Shown: positions 50,029 to 61,218, numbered from the whole stretch's first letter. The stretch is DNA of 63,891 nucleotides, filler included, from Theionarchaea archaeon (GCA_018992565.1; 7 parts of 7 records of this genome joined end to end with filler, not necessarily neighbours in it), one strand, 5' to 3'. The notes: a model not told the origin generated them from the letters alone. Made by a program: numbers and translations.

Positions 50029-52344
50029 TTATCCCCTCCGCAAAATGAGTACTGATTCCGTGGTATACCCTTCCAGTTCCCAGGGAAGATACTGGCTCTC
50101 CTTCCATAATTCCACAAAGTCCGTATAGTGTCTGGAGAAGGGGTTACCGCTCTGCCCCCCAGGGTACATACACAGATCATGGTCGAAGTCTATGATCTCT
50201 CTCCAGGAGGGACCACCTTTCGAGGTCCAGCCCCAGGCAACATCTACTGTATTGCTGGAGCCATCATAAGGAAACTGAGGATAGTTCAAGGCAGTGACTA
50301 CAGAGCCTATTAGATGCTCCAGAGAGAATATATGTTTCTGACCGTAGGACCAGGTAGTGACGTCTTCTGTGAATTGGTCTACTAATTGCTCTATGGTTTC
50401 CTGAAAGCTCTTCTGGATGATGTCTTGTGCTGTTTCCACTTCTGACGTGGAGACATCATCAAAGAAGTTGGTCCTTCCACATGCTTTCAACATGTTCTCC
50501 AGCGTTTCTGTGGTGGGATACGGTGCATCAGGAATTCCTGCTTCCTCGTATTCATCGTGGAAGATATTCTCCATGAAATTGTCCAAAAAGGTGTGGTAGA
50601 TTAAAGGTGCTACTTGGGTACGTTCATCGTTGTAGTCCCAGGTTTTTAAGTAGTGTAAAGCTTCTTCTTCCGCATCATTCTGGGGAGTGATAACCTCTAC
50701 TATCATGGGTGTTATGATGGAGGCGGGGATATCATAGATGTCAGACTGGATTCTAATCATATCCTCCATGGTTAAGAGTTCTTTCTCCCGCAGCAGTGTG
50801 TTAATTCGTTCTGCTCTATACCGATCGGCCCAGATGAACCCCAGGTAGTACGGGTAGCCAAGAGAAACAGGAATTTGGTTTGCAGACGCAAGATATCCCT
50901 GGTCAGGATTGAATGCGTGGGGCAATTCTTCAAAGGGGATATACCCTGTCCAGTCATAGTCTCCAGAAGCCCCGTCCACAGGGGCTCTCCCTGTGCCCTT
51001 TTTTCTGATAGGTATTCTACCTGTGGATCTGATGGCAATGTTCCCATAGATATCTGCATATACAAAGTTCTGGGCAGCTACAGAGAATAATGTAAGGCCT
51101 TCTTCGTATTGTTGGTAATTGGAAGCTTTGTTAATGAGGAGGAGAGCCTCAAATTCGAAGGTGGGCTGGAGGCCTGTCCAACAGACGGCAAATTGCTTTC
51201 CATCTCGTTCCAGGATAGGACCATGGCCTGTGACGCTGACAGTGAGGGTTCTGGGGCTACTCCCTTTGATGTTGATTACTTCCTGTACCTGGGTTACATC
51301 ATGCCAGGTGCCCTGGTGGAAGTACGTGGTTCCGTCCTCTGATAGGGTTTCTACATAGAAGTCAATAACATCTGCTCCTGTATTGGTGAGACCCCAGGCG
51401 ATGCGTTGGTTTCTCCCAATGAGAACACAGGGAGTTCCTGGAAGGGTTACGCCTGCCACATTATAGCTGGGTGAGACCATGTGGACCTGGTACCACAAGG
51501 AAGGCAGAGTGGTAGACAGGTGGGGATCATTGCACAGCATTGGTCTGCCTGACTGGGACTTCTGTGGAGAGACAGCCCAGTTGTTGCTGCCGACTTCCAG
51601 GGGGATTCTGATGGCCTGATTACTCCAGAGCAAAATCTGCTTGCATGCTTCTGATAATCCGGGTATTATTGGCATGTTGACAGGTCGTTGTGAGGGGAAT
51701 AATTCCTGTACAATTTCTGCTCCTAAAGCTTCTTCCATTTTCTGCACTTCTAAATCGTAAAAGGAACCTGATAGCTCCCATCCCATCATTTTTCCAAATG
51801 TTATAGCGTCTATGGGAGTATATTCTTCCGGGTTACATTGCAGCAGAGTATATTCTATGGGATAGGGGTTAGCATTCGTGATGTACTGGTTGACTCCTGC
51901 GCAGTAAGCATCTGCAATGTCTCTTGACCATTGACTCATCTGGGAGTAGGTTTCTTCAGCAGCTCTGTGCATACCAAGAGTGCGGTAGAACGTATCTGAT
52001 TCGTAGGCATCCTCTCCCACGATCTCTGAGAGGCGGCCTGAAGGGAGTCGTCTCTGAAGATCTATCTGGAAGAGCCTGTCCTGAGCATGAACATACCCTA
52101 ATGCGAAGAAGAGGTCGAGGTCATTCTTGGCGTAGATGTGAGGAACACCGTTGGTATCTCGTTCAATGCGCACGTCGTCATTGAGGTTCAGTCCTGTGAT
52201 CTCTTTTGTTGCTGGATGTTCAACAGATTGGCTGTATTTCCACAAGCCTGAAGAGGGATTAAGATATGGCATGAAGGGTGAAACTGCATATGAGAGAACA
52301 AGTGTCAAAGCTATAAGCGCTCCTAGATACAATTTGTGTTTCAT
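50029..52344 (-). CDS. Penicillin acylase family protein (Ntn hydrolase, S45)
   Basis: GVPHIYA, GYVHAQDRLFQ, catalytic GSNNWAV, NDPHL, PGGQSG. Confidence 0.93.
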   Translation of the reverse strand: MKHKLYLGALIALTLVLSYAVSPFMPYLNPSSGLWKYSQSVEHPATKEITGLNLNDDVRIERDTNGVPHIYAKNDLDLFFALGYVHAQDRLFQIDLQRRLPSGRLSEIVGEDAYESDTFYRTLGMHRAAEETYSQMSQWSRDIADAYCAGVNQYITNANPYPIEYTLLQCNPEEYTPIDAITFGKMMGWELSGSFYDLEVQKMEEALGAEIVQELFPSQRPVNMPIIPGLSEACKQILLWSNQAIRIPLEVGSNNWAVSPQKSQSGRPMLCNDPHLSTTLPSLWYQVHMVSPSYNVAGVTLPGTPCVLIGRNQRIAWGLTNTGADVIDFYVETLSEDGTTYFHQGTWHDVTQVQEVINIKGSSPRTLTVSVTGHGPILERDGKQFAVCWTGLQPTFEFEALLLINKASNYQQYEEGLTLFSVAAQNFVYADIYGNIAIRSTGRIPIRKKGTGRAPVDGASGDYDWTGYIPFEELPHAFNPDQGYLASANQIPVSLGYPYYLGFIWADRYRAERINTLLREKELLTMEDMIRIQSDIYDIPASIITPMIVEVITPQNDAEEEALHYLKTWDYNDERTQVAPLIYHTFLDNFMENIFHDEYEEAGIPDAPYPTTETLENMLKACGRTNFFDDVSTSEVETAQDIIQKSFQETIEQLVDQFTEDVTTWSYGQKHIFSLEHLIGSVVTALNYPQFPYDGSSNTVDVAWGWTSKGGPSWREIIDFDHDLCMYPGGQSGNPFSRHYTDFVELWKESQYLPWELEGYTTESVLILRRG

Positions 52345-52692
52345 GGAAGAATATTACATCTAAGCTATAAATAGGTTACTCAGCGCGCTGTAACGGCAGG
52401 TTCGACAGTCTTTCTCTTGCTGAGATCGATGAGAAACCTATATTCTGAGAATCGGGGGAATAGACAAACTGGCCAACACTAATAGATAACTAACTTTATA
52501 AGAATAAGAGCATTCAGATTTACAAGAGAAAATGACATTCTTTGTCCAAGAATGTAAACTAGTCCAAAAATAAACAAATTTGAGATTCCCGAAAAAAATC
52601 ACATCAAAACCTTTTTAAACTACCTTTCTTATAGGAAATCCTTCAAACACATCATTCTGGAAGATATTTAATATTCAAACCCAGGTGCTACC

Positions 52693-53318
52693 ATGATCCA
52701 TATATGGGATGAAACCTTACGAGATGGAGAACAAACTCCTGGTGTCGTACTCACCAGAGAAGAGAAAATTGATTTAGCAAAAGCTTTGGATGATGTGGGT
52801 GTTTCAGTCATTGTCTGTGGGTTTCCTGTAAACTGTGAGATTGAAGCCCAGATCGTCAAGGCAATTGCCAGAGAGGGGTTGAGAGCTAAAGTAGGTGCTG
52901 TTGCCAGAGGGTTGGAAAAGGACATAGATGAGTGCCTAACCTGTGAGCCAGATGAGATTGTCACCTTCGTCCCTACATCTGATATTCACATGAAGTACAA
53001 ACTCAGAAAAACAAGAGACGAAGTCATCGAGATGATTCAGACTGCTGTCCAGTATGCAGCAGACCATGGAATCACAGTGAATTTCGTGGCAGAAGACTCC
53101 ACTCGCAGTGAATTTGACTTTCTCATTCATTGCCTCAAGACTGCTCAGGAGTGCGGAGCTGACCGAATCGCCATTGCAGATACTGTGGGGACAATGTATC
53201 CCACCAAGATGAAGGAAATGATAGAAAAAGTCAGAGAACACATATCTGTACCCATATCCGTCCACTGCCACAATGATCTGGGATTGGCCACAGCAAATAC
53301 CCTGGCAGCCATAGAGGG
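52693..53318 (+). CDS. Isopropylmalate/citramalate/homocitrate synthase family (DRE-TIM), truncated
   Basis: DETLRDGEQTPG and HCHNDLGLATAN. Confidence 0.88.
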
Positions 53319-53418
53319 NNNNNNNNNNNNNNNNNNNNNNNNNNNNNNNNNNNNNNNNNNNNTTAATTAATTAANNNNNNNNNNNNNNNNNNNNNNNNNN
53401 NNNNNNNNNNNNNNNNNN

Positions 53419-54360
53419 ATTACTGATAAAGAGACACTGGTCATTGGCCAGACTATAGAAAAGTTTGCACGGGAAATTGCCAAAAAAGTCAGCTTTCATG
53501 TGCTGGAGGATTATGCTGAGAGACCACTGACCCTTTTCCCTGAAAAGATCAAAGAGGATATCAAGACAACTGATGTTACCTACTTCTGCGCGCAGTCTGA
53601 AGCTGGTGAATTGAAAGATTTCAGGAGGCCTTTGATCAACCTGGCCATTTCTGTTGGAAGACAGATCCACATGCCCAGCATTAATCAGAAGATCATGCAT
53701 ACTGGTATGCAGGCAGACTACTATAAGATTGCATCTTTGACCTATTTAGTTGCGGGAATTGCCTCGAAATCAGAGACAGCCAGAGTCACCACCCCTGGAG
53801 GGACTGATTTAAAGGTGAAGTTTTCCAGGAAGTTGAAGTGGGTCCCTGACACAGGATTGCTGTGGCACCGGGGTATGTTCGGAAACCTGCCCGCTGGAGA
53901 GGCATACACCTGTCCTGAAAAGATAGAGGGGACCATGGTGGTGGATGGCATTCTGGGAGACTTCTTCAACCAGAAGTACGGAAACCTGGAAAAGACCCCA
54001 GTCACCGTGCTCTTGAAGAATTCCCGGGCTGATGTGGACAATATTACGTGTGAAAATGCTGATCTCCTGAAGGATTTCAGAGAGTACTTGCGGCAGGATG
54101 CCAATGCTGACAGAGTTGGTGAATTTGCTGTGGGCACCAACATTTCCTTGAAGGAATTGGTGACGAATTTGCTGCAGGATGAGAAATTCCCGGGCGTACA
54201 CGTTGCGTTTGGATTTCCCTATCCACAGGAGACGGGCGCAGACTGGGAATCCGGTGGACATGTAGACGGCATCTTAAAGAAGTGTTCAGTGTGGTTTGAC
54301 GACACCCAAATAATGCACGATGGCATATTCTTAGAAAAGGAAATTCTCAACCTGAGATAG
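53419..54360 (+). CDS. M29-type (thermophilic) aminopeptidase, 5-prime truncated
   Basis: NLPAGE, GEFAVGTN, DEK..GVHVAFG, HVD. Confidence 0.88.
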   Translation: MTDKETLVIGQTIEKFAREIAKKVSFHVLEDYAERPLTLFPEKIKEDIKTTDVTYFCAQSEAGELKDFRRPLINLAISVGRQIHMPSINQKIMHTGMQADYYKIASLTYLVAGIASKSETARVTTPGGTDLKVKFSRKLKWVPDTGLLWHRGMFGNLPAGEAYTCPEKIEGTMVVDGILGDFFNQKYGNLEKTPVTVLLKNSRADVDNITCENADLLKDFREYLRQDANADRVGEFAVGTNISLKELVTNLLQDEKFPGVHVAFGFPYPQETGADWESGGHVDGILKKCSVWFDDTQIMHDGIFLEKEILNLR

Positions 54361-54529
54361 CACTGGAGACCATACAACTGCTTTGTAAGAACGACTGCCA
54401 TAAAGACTATCAGGGAGGTTTTCTACACTGGTTCCCTGTCATTTCCTTTCTGGTACGTGACCTGTCGAAGGGTCTCAGAGTCATTCTCAGAAGAGTAACC
54501 TTTATATACGTAAACTTGATGCAGAGGTC

Positions 54530-55093
54530 ATGGCGGATGAAATTGCTAATCCAGCACCACTTGGGCTGGCTGGGTTCGGATTGACTACGCTGGTATTGAA
54601 TATCGTCAATGCAGGATTTATACCCAAAGAATCCATCGGCATGGTGCTTCCACTTGGACTCTTCTATGGAGGGCTGGCTCAGTTCATGGCCGGCATGTGG
54701 GAGTTCAAAAAGGGTAATACCTTTGGTGCCACTGCTTTTGGGTCTTTTGGTGCTTTCTGGATGTCTTTTGCTACCATGGAGATTCTCGTGGGTACAGGAG
54801 CCCTGCAACCCGTTCCTTCGGGCGGAATTGCTGTGTTTTTGGTTGCCTGGGGTATCTTCACTGGGTTCATGAGTGTTGGAACTCTGAAGATTAACCGTGC
54901 TCTCCAGGTAGTGTTCATAACGTTGACTATCTTATTCTTCCTGCTGGCTATTGGTGTATACTCACCTGCAGTACACAGGGTTGCAGGATTCGAAGGTATC
55001 CTGTGTGCATTGAGTGCGCTCTACACCTGTGCTGCAATTGTGATCAATACCACGTGGAAAAGAGAAGTATTGCCTTTAGGTGAAGTCAAGTAG
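54530..55093 (+). CDS. Acetate uptake transporter (SatP/YaaH/GPR1 family)
   Basis: ANPAPLGLAGF, YGGLAQ, NTFG.TAF. Confidence 0.93.
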   Translation: MADEIANPAPLGLAGFGLTTLVLNIVNAGFIPKESIGMVLPLGLFYGGLAQFMAGMWEFKKGNTFGATAFGSFGAFWMSFATMEILVGTGALQPVPSGGIAVFLVAWGIFTGFMSVGTLKINRALQVVFITLTILFFLLAIGVYSPAVHRVAGFEGILCALSALYTCAAIVINTTWKREVLPLGEVK

Positions 55094-55121
55094 ACACTCT
55101 CCTTTTTTTTCCTTTTTTTGG

Positions 55122-56168
55122 TCAAGAAGAATCTGCAGAATTTCTCAGTTTCTTGACATATAGAAGCAATAATCCTCCCATCACAACGAGAATCCCACTT
55201 ACCCCTGTCTTCCGGGGGGCAGCTTCACCTTCAACCCATCCTCTATGCGTGGAAAAATCCACAAAAACAGTACCTCTCTCAAAGTCCCTGGAGTACCTTC
55301 CATTTTCGTATATGGCCTTTTCCAGGGGGGCTCCCAGGTTAAGAGGGATATCCACACTGCATAGTCCTTCATATGCATCTTTCCAGGCATAGGAGAATCC
55401 TTCAAGCCCAAAAATCCGGGATGCACAATAGCAGAACATGATCCTGGCTTCATCATCTTCTGCCCCGTAGTTCAACCCCAAAACCTTCAGTCCATGTGTA
55501 TGTGCAAAAGAAATGGCTTCGAGAGGGTTGAAGTCATCAGAATATTGATCGGGAGTCATAGACCAGGCCCCTTTGAGCAGCAGGTAGTCTGCTTCATATG
55601 GAAACAGGTCACCATCTCCACGTTTCACCCACTCCATAATCTCAAACAGATCACTGACAATGACGGTCCCTCCAGAATAGTGGACATAGTCAACGAGCTC
55701 CTGAACATCTTTTCCGAATTGAGGGTGTGTATTGTACCTCGTTCCCACGCAATCAAAGAAGATACCATCTGCATACCGCACAAAAAGCCTGATCTGTCTC
55801 TTCTTGAAGTCCAGCCACTCTTTTCTGTCTGACTGTGAATAATAGACACCTCCAGGTTCCTTTTCACAGCCAATGTCCAAATAAAAGTATAGCTCAACCC
55901 CTGAATCTTTCATTGACTGTGCCATGATGAGAAAGGCGTTGTCTTCCAGGTTCCTGTAATCTGTTTCAGGGTTCCCGGGGTGCAGGATCATGATGTCAAA
56001 CCTGGACCAGTCAGTGCTGCGGACCTCCCTGTTGTCGGAATCTCCGTAGTATGTTCCGAATTGAATGAACTGTGACTGAGAAGGGACACTACTCAGGGAA
56101 GGCATAAAGGCGAGAACACCCAGCAGGAGAAGGGGCCATACTTTCATGGAAGATAGAAGCATGTTCAA
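55122..56168 (-). CDS. Secreted, membrane-anchored glycoside-hydrolase-like TIM-barrel protein
   Basis: Signal peptide; Y.DIG, DGIFFD, YSRDF..G.V.V; C-terminal TM. Confidence 0.5.
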   Translation of the reverse strand: MNMLLSSMKVWPLLLLGVLAFMPSLSSVPSQSQFIQFGTYYGDSDNREVRSTDWSRFDIMILHPGNPETDYRNLEDNAFLIMAQSMKDSGVELYFYLDIGCEKEPGGVYYSQSDRKEWLDFKKRQIRLFVRYADGIFFDCVGTRYNTHPQFGKDVQELVDYVHYSGGTVIVSDLFEIMEWVKRGDGDLFPYEADYLLLKGAWSMTPDQYSDDFNPLEAISFAHTHGLKVLGLNYGAEDDEARIMFCYCASRIFGLEGFSYAWKDAYEGLCSVDIPLNLGAPLEKAIYENGRYSRDFERGTVFVDFSTHRGWVEGEAAPRKTGVSGILVVMGGLLLLYVKKLRNSADSS

Positions 56169-56337
56169 TCATATAAGCTTTCCTGCGTCCATGAATGTGT
56201 GGGCAGGTGTTGTGTGAGGATTCCTTTGTTACTGCGAATTGTGGGCCCATTGTCACCACAGTTCCCTGCGGACGAGGATGACAGACAAACGGAAAACCTT
56301 AAATAGCGCAGGGGCGAAAGAGGAGGGAGGAGTGAGA

Positions 56338-57279
56338 ATGATAGATACGGATGAGTCTCATACGGAAAAATCCTTTCTCCATACTAAAACCCGGACCGAG
56401 CTGGAAAGTGATCTTGAACAATGTCTGGAACGGAAGAGAAATCTAGAGGAAGAGAAGAATGCGCTCCATAATCTGAAGATTGACCTTGAGACAATGTTGA
56501 ACCAGCGGGAAGAGGAACTCAACAGGGTCAAGTCTCAGGCTGAATCTGTAGGAGCTGAAAATGAGAGGCTTCAGGCAGACCTGGAGAGCCTGGTCACTCA
56601 GAAGTCAAGTAATGAAGGAGTACTTGAGGAATTGAACCAGAGAGTCTTTCAGATACAACAGGAAAAGAAAGAATTGCAGGATGAGAATGAGCGATTGAGA
56701 AATGATCTCGTTCAGAGTGAACGTGATAAAGAAACGTATAAAGCATATAGTGAAGAAGCTGAAAAGCTTTTGGAAGTCAAAACAAACAAGCTGCAGGCCG
56801 ACCTGCGAGAAGAGAGGCAGGTATCCCAGCAATTACAGAGAGAGATTGAAGAAAGAAACAGAAGTACTGAAGAACTGCGATCAGAGATCCAGCATATTGA
56901 GGAAGAGAAGCAGAGAATAAAGCAGCAGATTTCAACGCAGGAGAAAATGCAGGCAGTCAACAGCGAGTTCATGGGAAGGTTGAGCGAGAAGATGGAAGAG
57001 CTCCAGGATTTAATCCGGCAGTTCAGAGTCCAGCCTCTGGAAGTGAGAGGAGAGCTAGCTGAAGATGATGGACTACGGGTGGAGGAACCTGGAGAAGACC
57101 TGGAATTTGAACAGGAAGAAGGAGAAGACCTGGAATTTGAACAGGAAGAAGAAGGAGAATCCGGGGAGTTGCTGGAAGAAGAGATGGAATCGTTTCTCGG
57201 TGAACCTGAGACGATAGAGCCTCTGCCTGAAGGTGGGAGTGATGTATCGGAGGAGAGAGAAGGTGAGGACGGGGGTGAG
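56338..57279 (+). CDS. Long coiled-coil protein with acidic tail, truncated
   Basis: Continuous heptad-rich E/K/Q/L sequence; 30-bp tandem repeat at 57091-57150. Confidence 0.7.
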
Positions 57280-57379
57280 NNNNNNNNNNNNNNNNNNNNN
57301 NNNNNNNNNNNNNNNNNNNNNNNTTAATTAATTAANNNNNNNNNNNNNNNNNNNNNNNNNNNNNNNNNNNNNNNNNNNN

Positions 57380-57669
57380 GCCTTCAGCCTCTCATAAAGA
57401 GTGGTGGGTTCACAGCGCAGCACAAACACCAGGTCCACATCAACCATTTCAGCAAAGTGTGAGTCAATGATGATGTCATCCATTGATTCCAGAGATTCTC
57501 TCACAGTATCCACGTCTACCACCCAACTGTCTCCCTCTTTTCCCACAATAGCTCCAGTTTTCTCCGCGATTTCGGAAATATCAATATAAGTCATTCCGAG
57601 TGCTTCAGATAGTCTCCTTGCAGCTGAGGTCTTTCCCGTGCCAGGAGTTCCTGTGACAGCAATCCTCAT
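57380..57669 (-). CDS. Adenylate kinase 6 / Fap7-like NTPase, truncated
   Basis: TGTPGTGKT, IDSH, VLRC.P..L..RL. Confidence 0.88.
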
Positions 57670-57808
57670 GGAATACCTGATGTCCCACTGTAGAAAAAGG
57701 TTTCACTAACCATCAACTACTGCAGACATCCAGAGACGTCGTGTCACACAACAGGAGTATGCCCCCAAAGCCTCAATTCCTCTCAGCCAGGGTGGTCATC
57801 AGCCAGGT

Positions 57809-58744
57809 TCATGGAATACCAGGGACTTTCGGGAAGGGGGAGCTCTCCCAGATGTGGTCCAATCCACAGAGGTACCGGGTGAATCGCTCAACCCCCAGCC
57901 CGAATCCCGCTGAAGGTGGGATTCCTGCCTTTAACATATCCAGATACCAGGAATACTCATGGGCCACCCCTTCTCTATCCAGGAGGGCTTTCACCTGCTC
58001 ATATCTGTACTCTCGTTCTCCCCCAGAGACAACCTCACCAAACCCTTCTGGCATGATCAAATCCATGGACTTGAGGGTTCCGTCTCGTTCAATATAATAG
58101 AATCCACGGGATCCCACAGGGTAATCATACACCCAGAATGGCTCTGAGGATGCCCTGGAAAGGTCATGTTCCTTCTCAAAGGGGATTTCACCCTGTATTG
58201 ACAGCTCTTCCTCAAGTGTTCTGTGGGCTATCCTCTTGAAGGGAGGGCTGAAAGAAGGCAGGTCCCTGCCCAGGATATCCAACTCCTGGGAGCACTCTCT
58301 CACAGCCTCAATACAATGACATACCAGTCCGTCTCCCAGGTCCATCATTTCCTGGCAGCTCTTTCGGGCTGACTCCAGGTCCAGCTGATAAAACTCAGCC
58401 AGGTGTCTCCCTGTGTCCACAGTGGATGCCTCCTCAAGCCTCACATTGGGAGACAGAGAGAAAACACTCTCAAAAGCACCGAGAGCCATCTGTTTGTACA
58501 GAATCATACTGCTCATAATGGTATACGATGTTCCATAAAAATCAAAGTGGGCAATGCCAGCCCCTCGTATGCCAGGATCAGTAACTGGCCCCACAACAGG
58601 TGCCAGAACCTGGCAGAATCCACGTGCAGCAAGGAACTCTCTGAGAGCGCCTATGAGTACATGCTGTATCTTCAGGATAGCTCGTGACCTGTCAGAGCGT
58701 ATGTTCAAGTATCTGAGTCTGACAGCGTCTTCAATTGACTTCAT
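57809..58744 (-). CDS. Archaeal asparagine synthetase A (AsnRS-like, no anticodon domain)
   Basis: TDPG, SMILYKQ, SPNVRLE, RHLAEF.QLD, SGGERE, GFGLGVER. Confidence 0.88.
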   Translation of the reverse strand: MKSIEDAVRLRYLNIRSDRSRAILKIQHVLIGALREFLAARGFCQVLAPVVGPVTDPGIRGAGIAHFDFYGTSYTIMSSMILYKQMALGAFESVFSLSPNVRLEEASTVDTGRHLAEFYQLDLESARKSCQEMMDLGDGLVCHCIEAVRECSQELDILGRDLPSFSPPFKRIAHRTLEEELSIQGEIPFEKEHDLSRASSEPFWVYDYPVGSRGFYYIERDGTLKSMDLIMPEGFGEVVSGGEREYRYEQVKALLDREGVAHEYSWYLDMLKAGIPPSAGFGLGVERFTRYLCGLDHIWESSPFPKVPGIP

Positions 58745-58842
58745 GCCGTGTGGTCATTTCACATCTTATTAAGCATTTCGTTAAAAAAATTGTCTCTTTG
58801 TTGATGTAGAGTACAATGAAATACAGAATATTTGTCATTATG

Positions 58843-60669
58843 TCAAGACCTGTAAAGAGTGGGTGTCAGGGTTCTCTCTACTGACGTGTAGTACTTCTGA
58901 TAAAAGGTCTCCAGTTCATCTGGAAGCGGCAGTTCCAGTGAATCCCAGACATGGATCACCTCATACAACTCATCTGCACCTTCCTCGTCACTGAATAGCC
59001 TTTCCAGGAATGCTGTTCTCTCTCGTATATCTCTTCGTGCCAGCTCCAGCACCTTCCCTGCGCTGTAGTATCTCAGGGGATTGAACCTGAGGGCAAAGTC
59101 CCTCATACCGTGCAGAGATTCCAGTTCTCCTGGGTGAGGAATCAAGTACCTGAAAATGGGATGGGGAATCCACTTCTCAATTTTCTTGTGAATTACGAGA
59201 TCAATGAGCTTCCTTGTGTCTTTTACTAATATTTTCTCTCCTTTTTCATCTTCTGTGCTTCCAAAATATCCAGAATTTACTATGAAAAACACCAGGTTTC
59301 CTGAGAAGTCAAGTCCCAGGTCCCGGTACACCTTCAGCTTGAGTTGAGCCTCCCTGGACTCCTCTCCCACCATGAAGTCAGTAGCAGCATAGGACATGAC
59401 TCTCTTTCCAATAGCCTGGCCTGCAATAGCTGAAGTTATCTTGGTTTCACAGGCACTGTCCAGGGCAACCGCCATGAGAGGATCTACTACCCTGAATATT
59501 GGGTCCAGAATGGTCGCTCTCTTGAAGGCCAGCCCTTCGCATCTCAGGTACAGGGGGGGTCCCCTGCTCCACTCCCTGTTCAACTCGCTGAACTGGAAAA
59601 TAAACCGGCCATTGGTAGTCCTGCTCTGAGCGTATTCTGTACAGAGGAGCGACCCCACAGGCTGCCCGGGTATTTTCTGAGGGACCCTGACAACGTGGTC
59701 ACCAACCTTCTTTCTGACAAAGACCACACCTTCACAATCAATGTTCAGGGCCAAGACAACAGGGAGTTTTCCTGATCCTGCTCTTCTTGATTTCATCAAC
59801 CCTTCCCACTCAGGGCTTTCCGGAGTCAGCCCCTCTGATTTGGCAAAGCTTGCAGCCTCCAGACCAATGATGCGAACATGCGTAATTTTCCCCTTCTGGT
59901 ATTCAGGAATACCCAGCAGTGCATCATCCTGTTCTATGGTATCTCCCACGGTGAGAGTGGTTTTCCCCGTGCCACTCAGTCCTTTCAAGATCATGTCTCG
60001 TGTGCACCCGGCATGATATGATATGAGACCGTCGCACTCCCCCCTGTTCCACACCATGGTCAAATTGGGTTTCTTATAAGCACCTCCAAAATAGTCTACT
60101 CCCAGGCTGACCACCCGTCTCACATCATGATCCATGTCTGTGAAGTCATACAATGTGAGGGGTTCACCGGGGTTGTAGTCAGGCCATATATTCTTGATCC
60201 TCGCTGCATATGGATCGGGGAGTCTCTCTGGCACTATGTAGTTGAAGCAGCTCACCTTCACAGCTTTCCTTGGAGGAAATATCATCAGCTTCCCAAACCA
60301 GCCCATGTAGGCACTGTGAGGGTTATCAATGCTAATAATCACTCTGATACCTGTCTCATACCTCGATTCACCCTGTATTCCATCCTGAACAATGGTAGGA
60401 ACAGTCCTGAGATACTCTCTTACGATGGCGTAGAGCTTCTTTCCAACCTTGAGGTCAAATGGATTCTGCTTTTTTCCCAGTCTGTATCCGGGAGGCACCA
60501 TGTAGAAGGCCCTGTCAGGCCTTCTTCCTGTCTGCTGGGAAGCAAATAAATACTGACCATCCCTGGTTATAATGTAGTAGTCTTTCAGTAATGAAATGAA
60601 ATCTTGATCGTCTGGGAGGGTTACTACCTTGGATGTACCCAGGTAGTATCCAGGCTCTACTTCAATCAT
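58843..60669 (-). CDS. Divergent ATP-type phosphoenolpyruvate carboxykinase-like protein
   Basis: GRRP, YFGGAYKK, HAGC, GLSGTGKTTL, QDD, E...FAK, TTNGR; start may be 60690. Confidence 0.7.
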   Translation of the reverse strand: MIEVEPGYYLGTSKVVTLPDDQDFISLLKDYYIITRDGQYLFASQQTGRRPDRAFYMVPPGYRLGKKQNPFDLKVGKKLYAIVREYLRTVPTIVQDGIQGESRYETGIRVIISIDNPHSAYMGWFGKLMIFPPRKAVKVSCFNYIVPERLPDPYAARIKNIWPDYNPGEPLTLYDFTDMDHDVRRVVSLGVDYFGGAYKKPNLTMVWNRGECDGLISYHAGCTRDMILKGLSGTGKTTLTVGDTIEQDDALLGIPEYQKGKITHVRIIGLEAASFAKSEGLTPESPEWEGLMKSRRAGSGKLPVVLALNIDCEGVVFVRKKVGDHVVRVPQKIPGQPVGSLLCTEYAQSRTTNGRFIFQFSELNREWSRGPPLYLRCEGLAFKRATILDPIFRVVDPLMAVALDSACETKITSAIAGQAIGKRVMSYAATDFMVGEESREAQLKLKVYRDLGLDFSGNLVFFIVNSGYFGSTEDEKGEKILVKDTRKLIDLVIHKKIEKWIPHPIFRYLIPHPGELESLHGMRDFALRFNPLRYYSAGKVLELARRDIRERTAFLERLFSDEEGADELYEVIHVWDSLELPLPDELETFYQKYYTSVERTLTPTLYRS

Positions 60670-60774
60670 CCTCTTTGTAGCCTTTGACATCTTCTTAAAC
60701 TTTTGGATTGAAAAATCGTCAAATTGTTGGATCAATGAGAGTATTTATATATACGAATTGTCATTATGATAATC

Positions 60775-61218
60775 ATGTTAGACGAGAAAGATGAGACAAT
60801 CCTCCGGATGTTACGAGCGAATTCACGGTTGAAAACAAAGGAAATTTCCAAGAAGATGCAAATTCCCAGGACAACTGTCCATCACAGGATAAGGAAGATG
60901 ATTGAAGATGGAATAATCAGGAAATTTACTGTTATTCCTGATTACAAGAAGATTGGAATCCCCGTGACAGCCTTTATTCTAGTTTCATTCCTCCCCACAA
61001 CAGATGTCAAGCAGCGTGAAGTTGCACAAAGAATAGCTGAGCTGGAAGGAGTATATGAAGTTCATCTCATATCCGGGGAGTGGGACATCATCATCAAAGT
61101 GAGGTCTTCCTCTCTGGAGCGGATTGGTGAGCTGGTCATTAATAGACTGAGGGAAATAAAAGGTGTTGGAAAGTCAGTGACCTGCGGGTGTTTCTTCACC
61201 ACGAAAGAGGAGCCATGA
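60775..61218 (+). CDS. Lrp/AsnC transcriptional regulator
   Basis: LDEKD..IL..L..NSR HTH, GIIRKF, ISGEWD. Confidence 0.93.
   Translation: MLDEKDETILRMLRANSRLKTKEISKKMQIPRTTVHHRIRKMIEDGIIRKFTVIPDYKKIGIPVTAFILVSFLPTTDVKQREVAQRIAELEGVYEVHLISGEWDIIIKVRSSSLERIGELVINRLREIKGVGKSVTCGCFFTTKEEP

Noticed and set aside
49692..52344. Penicillin acylase and membrane protein as part of the RiPP cluster
   Set aside because: Separated by a T-rich terminator and a new promoter before rSAM3; a common stand-alone family
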